From Bispira polyomma (lineage: Eukaryota): a DNA stretch of 64,000 nt. The stretch is from assembly GCA_965649765.1 (NCBI GenBank), contig OZ287753.1, positions 28,644,001-28,708,000 of the forward strand, given 5' to 3'. Made by a program: the position numbers and the translations under genes. This document shows, one piece after another, positions 63,401-64,000 of this stretch (within the stretch, counting starts at the first letter, position 1; every line of letters begins with the position of its first letter). The notes below the pieces were generated by a model. That model did not search any database. It saw only the letters and a program-made list of their open reading frames with translations, and was not told the origin of the DNA.

Positions 63401-63589
63401 AATCAAGTTGTATAAAGATCTACTCTAGGTGAAGTGTTTATCAGAAGCTCGGATGTTTTGTACTCTGTAATATTCCAACTATAACATTCAAACAAATGGT
63501 AAGTACTTACGCAGTTGCCGCTCCATTTCTTCGCAACGTCTGATTTCATGAACAAACTTTTTGGAAAAAGCATTTTGTTCAGTATTTAA
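24332..63589 (-). CDS. ATP6V0A1: V-type proton ATPase V0 subunit a (116-kDa; ATP6V0A/Vph1/Vha100 family), 5'-partial, 21 exons in the window
   Basis: complement join(63511-63589,62632-62729,61883-62011,51578-51696,48274-48400,47285-47367,46090-46183,45123-45200,43647-43775,42384-42531,41457-41596,39625-39761,38694-38787,38224-38342,36782-36933,33699-33772,33092-33205,29284-29424,28498-28615,26073-26244,24332-24425) = 2439 nt, all GT-AG and in frame. Motifs [63 protein letters not shown]. The symbol marks the family; paralog identity is not resolved. Confidence 0.96.
24505..25138. mobile_element. Non-autonomous Helitron/Helentron-like element with internal tandem repeats (related copy at ~40680-41072)
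   Basis: Shared ends GACCTAGCGCA...GATGCATATTTG and terminal hairpin (G)TATCCACCG...GGTGGATACAA; repeated TGATTTCCTA.AG.TTGGT blocks. Confidence 0.6.
26073..26244 (-). CDS. V-ATPase a exon (LSEVLW...[15 protein letters not shown])
   Basis: 172 nt; CAG acceptor, GTAAGT donor. Confidence 0.96.
26677..28043. mobile_element. Helentron/HINE-like element, family A copy 1
   Basis: Starts AACAAGAGGAGAATGGCCTGG, ends in hairpin GCATGATCATGCCAA-TAAGCA-TTGACATAATCATGC followed by AAAA; subterminal CATGAT.ATGC repeat. Confidence 0.7.
28498..28615 (-). CDS. V-ATPase a exon with the essential Arg ([26 protein letters not shown])
   Basis: 118 nt; CAG acceptor, GTGAGT donor. Confidence 0.96.
29284..29424 (-). 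CDS. V-ATPase a exon (acidic cytosolic loop)
   Basis: 141 nt, phase 0/0; TAG acceptor, GTAACC donor. Confidence 0.8.
29975..30532. mobile_element. Helitron-like element carrying ~135-bp tandem repeats (3 units)
   Basis: GATACACCTCCAC...AAATTTGGT...TTTCCTTTAAATGTCCG recurs at ~30128, 30264 and 30399; imperfect terminal hairpin near 30505-30530. Confidence 0.65.
30771..33022 (+). mobile_element. CORE-type SINE split by a 1.9-kb insertion (SINE parts 30771-31010 and 32913-33022)
   Basis: The halves rejoin as AAACA|ATTAGTTGACAAGTGGAAGAAC, matching GAACAATTGGTTGACAAGTGGAAGAAC of the intact 17272 copy. Confidence 0.8.
31011..32912. mobile_element. Helentron/HINE-like element with two internal satellite arrays
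   Basis: ACTAG start; subterminal ATGTCCACCCC (31097); terminal hairpin TATGTCCACCCC-CCACT-GGGGTGGACATA; inserted between A and A with no TSD. Internal ~160-170 bp (GCTCTATCTCGCACGGTT) and ~160-180 bp (AGTAGCTATTAC) repeats. Confidence 0.75.
33092..33205 (-). CDS. V-ATPase a exon ([30 protein letters not shown])
   Basis: 114 nt; CAG acceptor, GTAAGC donor. Confidence 0.9.
33231..33393. mobile_element. MITE sharing termini with the Tigger element at 58611-61160
   Basis: TA|CAGTAGACTCT ... CGACTTACACAGAGTCTACTG|TA; the right 21 bp are identical to the Tigger right end. Confidence 0.85.
33699..33772 (-). CDS. V-ATPase a exon (YINMFLF...FPGQ)
   Basis: 74 nt; TAG acceptor, GTATGC donor. Confidence 0.9.
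35259..36351. mobile_element. Helentron/HINE-like element, family A copy 2, nested in the CCGAAAT MITE
   Basis: Same termini as the 26677 copy; interior 35690-36310 aligns by eye with 27200-27850. Confidence 0.7.
36782..36933 (-). CDS. V-ATPase a exon ([19 protein letters not shown]...KW...APNILI)
   Basis: 152 nt; TAG acceptor, GTAAGT donor. Confidence 0.93.
37050..37250 (+). mobile_element. SINE with duplicated tRNA-like heads; minus-strand copies at ~41095-41325 and 41700-41906
   Basis: Repeated GGTCTGGTGAT...AGGTC.C.GGTT modules followed by AACATCCTTGGG...AGA..TGAACAC.CCATT body. Confidence 0.6.
38224..38342 (-). CDS. V-ATPase a exon ([28 protein letters not shown])
   Basis: 119 nt; TAG acceptor, GTCAGT donor. 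Confidence 0.93.
38694..38787 (-). CDS. V-ATPase a exon (...PYPFGMDP)
   Basis: 94 nt; TAG acceptor, GTAAGT donor. Confidence 0.9.
38799..39278. repeat. 38-40 bp minisatellite, ~12 copies
   Basis: GTACATAC(AC)ATTACATGACATCACTACATCT(C/A)TATTCAA tandem, nearly perfect. Confidence 0.95.
39625..39761 (-). CDS. V-ATPase a exon ([26 protein letters not shown])
   Basis: 137 nt; TAG acceptor, GTAAGT donor. Confidence 0.94.
41457..41596 (-). CDS. V-ATPase a exon ([21 protein letters not shown])
   Basis: 140 nt; CAG acceptor, GTGAGT donor. Confidence 0.95.
42384..42531 (-). CDS. V-ATPase a exon ([10 protein letters not shown]...[14 protein letters not shown])
   Basis: 148 nt; TAG acceptor, GTAATG donor. 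Confidence 0.93.
43647..43775 (-). CDS. V-ATPase a exon ([12 protein letters not shown]...YIAECYLP)
   Basis: 129 nt; TAG acceptor, GTAAGT donor. Confidence 0.92.
45123..45200 (-). CDS. V-ATPase a exon ([26 protein letters not shown])
   Basis: 78 nt; TAG acceptor, GTAAGT donor. Confidence 0.9.
46090..46183 (-). CDS. V-ATPase a exon (YRATLYPCP...RLQDLEH)
   Basis: 94 nt; TAG acceptor, GTTAGT donor. Confidence 0.93.
46341..46725. mobile_element. hAT-superfamily MITE
   Basis: TIR CAGGGATGTGAC / GTTACATCCCTA with a perfect 8-bp TSD CTTTTTAT (46333-46340 and 46726-46733). Confidence 0.85.
47285..47367 (-). CDS. V-ATPase a exon ([23 protein letters not shown])
   Basis: 83 nt; CAG acceptor, GTAATG donor. 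Confidence 0.93.
48274..48400 (-). CDS. V-ATPase a exon ([10 protein letters not shown]...[12 protein letters not shown])
   Basis: 127 nt; TAG acceptor, GTATGT donor. Confidence 0.93.
49041..50675. mobile_element. Helentron/HINE-like element, family A copy 3
   Basis: Same first ~90 bp and a perfect terminal hairpin GCATGATTATGCCAA-TAAGCA-TTGGCATAATCATGC; different interior. Confidence 0.7.
51170..51400 (-). mobile_element. L2/CR1-group LINE 3' fragment (second fragment at ~48635-48730)
   Basis: Translates as [36 protein letters not shown], the typical ORF2 C-terminus of this group. Confidence 0.7.
51578..51696 (-). CDS. V-ATPase a exon (variable N-terminal loop, SGLNVIDD...RRTYL-G)
   Basis: 119 nt; CAG acceptor, GTGAGT donor; phases 0/2 link the neighbouring exons. 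Confidence 0.85.
51724..51908. repeat. ~42-bp degenerate tandem repeat, 4-5 copies
   Basis: CACAACACTTAAAAGAGTATAGCTTCCCCCTTAAAAACAAG units; these explain the 14-aa periodic ORF 51727-51909. Confidence 0.8.
52197..52633. mobile_element. Harbinger-like MITE
   Basis: TAA|GTGAGCATTTCCATG ... CACGCAAACGCACAC|TTA degenerate TIR; internal GGCAAT/ATTGCC repeats. Confidence 0.45.
58536..58541 (-). CDS. Candidate 6-nt V-ATPase a microexon (Gly-Gln)
   Basis: Minus strand CTAAC-ATGCA-TTTATCTATGTTTTTATGACTCTTTGTAG|GGCCAG|GTAAAT; phase 0/0 matches the flanking exons. Confidence 0.45.
58611..61160 (-). mobile_element. Full-length Tigger/pogo (IS630-Tc1-mariner) DNA transposon, 2550 bp
   Basis: 27-bp TIRs CAGTAGACTCTGT(A/G)TAA(A/G)TCGA(A/T)TCAC with 3 mismatches; TA on both flanks; subterminal TTGGTTCGAA repeats; single transposase ORF. 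Confidence 0.93.
58957..60447 (-). CDS. Tigger/pogo-family transposase (CENP-B-like HTH + DDE_1), ~496 aa, intronless
   Basis: Likely ATG at 60447 (MATKRK). [21 protein letters not shown]; [17 protein letters not shown]; triad YNCDESG / LLLDNCSAH / QSMDQGII (DD31D); acidic tail; QSTIKDYF C-terminus. Confidence 0.92.
   Translation of the reverse strand: MATKRKVTSKPLHEKYQALLEVDGGGKKKVIAEKYGVPLNTLSTWIKNSNKIKQTLKSGDQNLARKRMKVGKYEDVSAALLKWFTSKMDQGAAISGPLMIEKAQKFATDMGYLDFKCSQGWLTSFKERYNIRLRSIQGEERSVQIPDVDAWHQTVWTEILQEYEAKDIYNCDESGLFYRILPNRTLAFKGQKCAGGKMSKERISIMFCSNMDGSDKVPLLCIGKSQKPRSFRGHLTLSTEYKANKKAWMTGDFFIDWLRKLDSKMSLQNRKIALLLDNCSAHPKSVSGLKAITMYFLPPNCNSVLQSMDQGIIRCFKHHYGTSINKKHIEALDKGVDFSLSILDALRESQQAWMTVTQETIANCWLHMAFREYQSPSELIQPADSEESEEFAQYTQINNELITSEMPTDDDIVQEVKGVEEDDQESDQEDEDEPQEEPMPSQEEVEKMCHKMRRWIESINNTREELECLTKIEILVNKTADASKKQSTIKDYFKQK
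61883..62011 (-). CDS. V-ATPase a exon ([14 protein letters not shown]...[15 protein letters not shown])
   Basis: 129 nt; TAG acceptor, GTTAGT donor. Confidence 0.93.
62632..62729 (-). CDS. V-ATPase a exon (FFEKEV...[14 protein letters not shown])
   Basis: 98 nt; TAG acceptor, GTCAGT donor. Confidence 0.93.
63511..63589 (-). CDS. V-ATPase a exon ([27 protein letters not shown])
   Basis: 79 nt; CAG acceptor, GTAAGT donor. Confidence 0.93.
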
Positions 63590-63713
63590 CTGTAATATAG
63601 AAGTTACAAATTGTTTACAAATCATTCCACCCAGTTTAGCCAAAGCCAGTCAGTTATTAAAAGCTTTTAAAAGGGCTAAGCATGGTTTTAATTGTACTTA
63701 GGTTGGGTTGACC

Positions 63714-63790
63714 CAGGGTTGTTATATTTCCCGGGAAATACTGTATTTCCCGGGATGGCGGGAAATACTGGGAAATACCGGGAAATACTA
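63714..63790. mobile_element. Probable hAT-type element end with GGGAAATAC subterminal repeats
   Basis: CAGGGTT start followed by four GGGAAATAC and inverted TATTTCCC motifs; the other end is not seen. Confidence 0.4.
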
Positions 63791-64000
63791 GACAGCATGG
63801 CTATTCAGTTATTAATGCTTTAAAAAAATATATGATGGTCCTTAAAGAAATATATATACACATATATATACTTGTATATGCATATATTATTATTGTTATT
63901 ATGTGGATATACACATAAGTATTATATAGGGAAGGAAAAAACAATCATGTCCATCTTTATTTTAGGTCATTCAGTATGTTTTACTATTTTTGGGTGGCTT

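Overview
AT-rich, intron-rich eukaryotic DNA from an invertebrate animal; the repeat repertoire suggests a lophotrochozoan or mollusc, which is an inference. Two host genes can be rebuilt exon by exon with consistent phases. The first is a short-prodomain effector caspase (caspase-3/7-like) on the + strand: 6 coding exons, 9255-16285, about 283 aa, with SHG and QACRG intact. The second is a convergent V-type H+-ATPase V0 subunit a gene on the - strand: 21 coding exons, 24332-63589, whose first coding exon lies beyond the window, plus a candidate 6-nt microexon at 58536-58541. A canonical tRNA-Asn(GTT) lies at 6090-6163 (-). The left end holds a stop-riddled but frameshift-free MADF/BESS-like reading frame (probably the Harbinger DNA-binding ORF) and a decayed DIRS/Ngaro-type gag. 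It also holds a candidate first exon (MTDSD-AKP) of a second, head-to-head caspase. Introns contain a full-length Tigger/pogo transposon with an open transposase, a MITE sharing its ends, Helentron/HINE-type elements (some nested), CORE-type SINEs, hAT and Harbinger-like MITEs, and minisatellites abutting splice sites. Most ORFs in the supplied track are spurious. All calls were made by eye without database searches.
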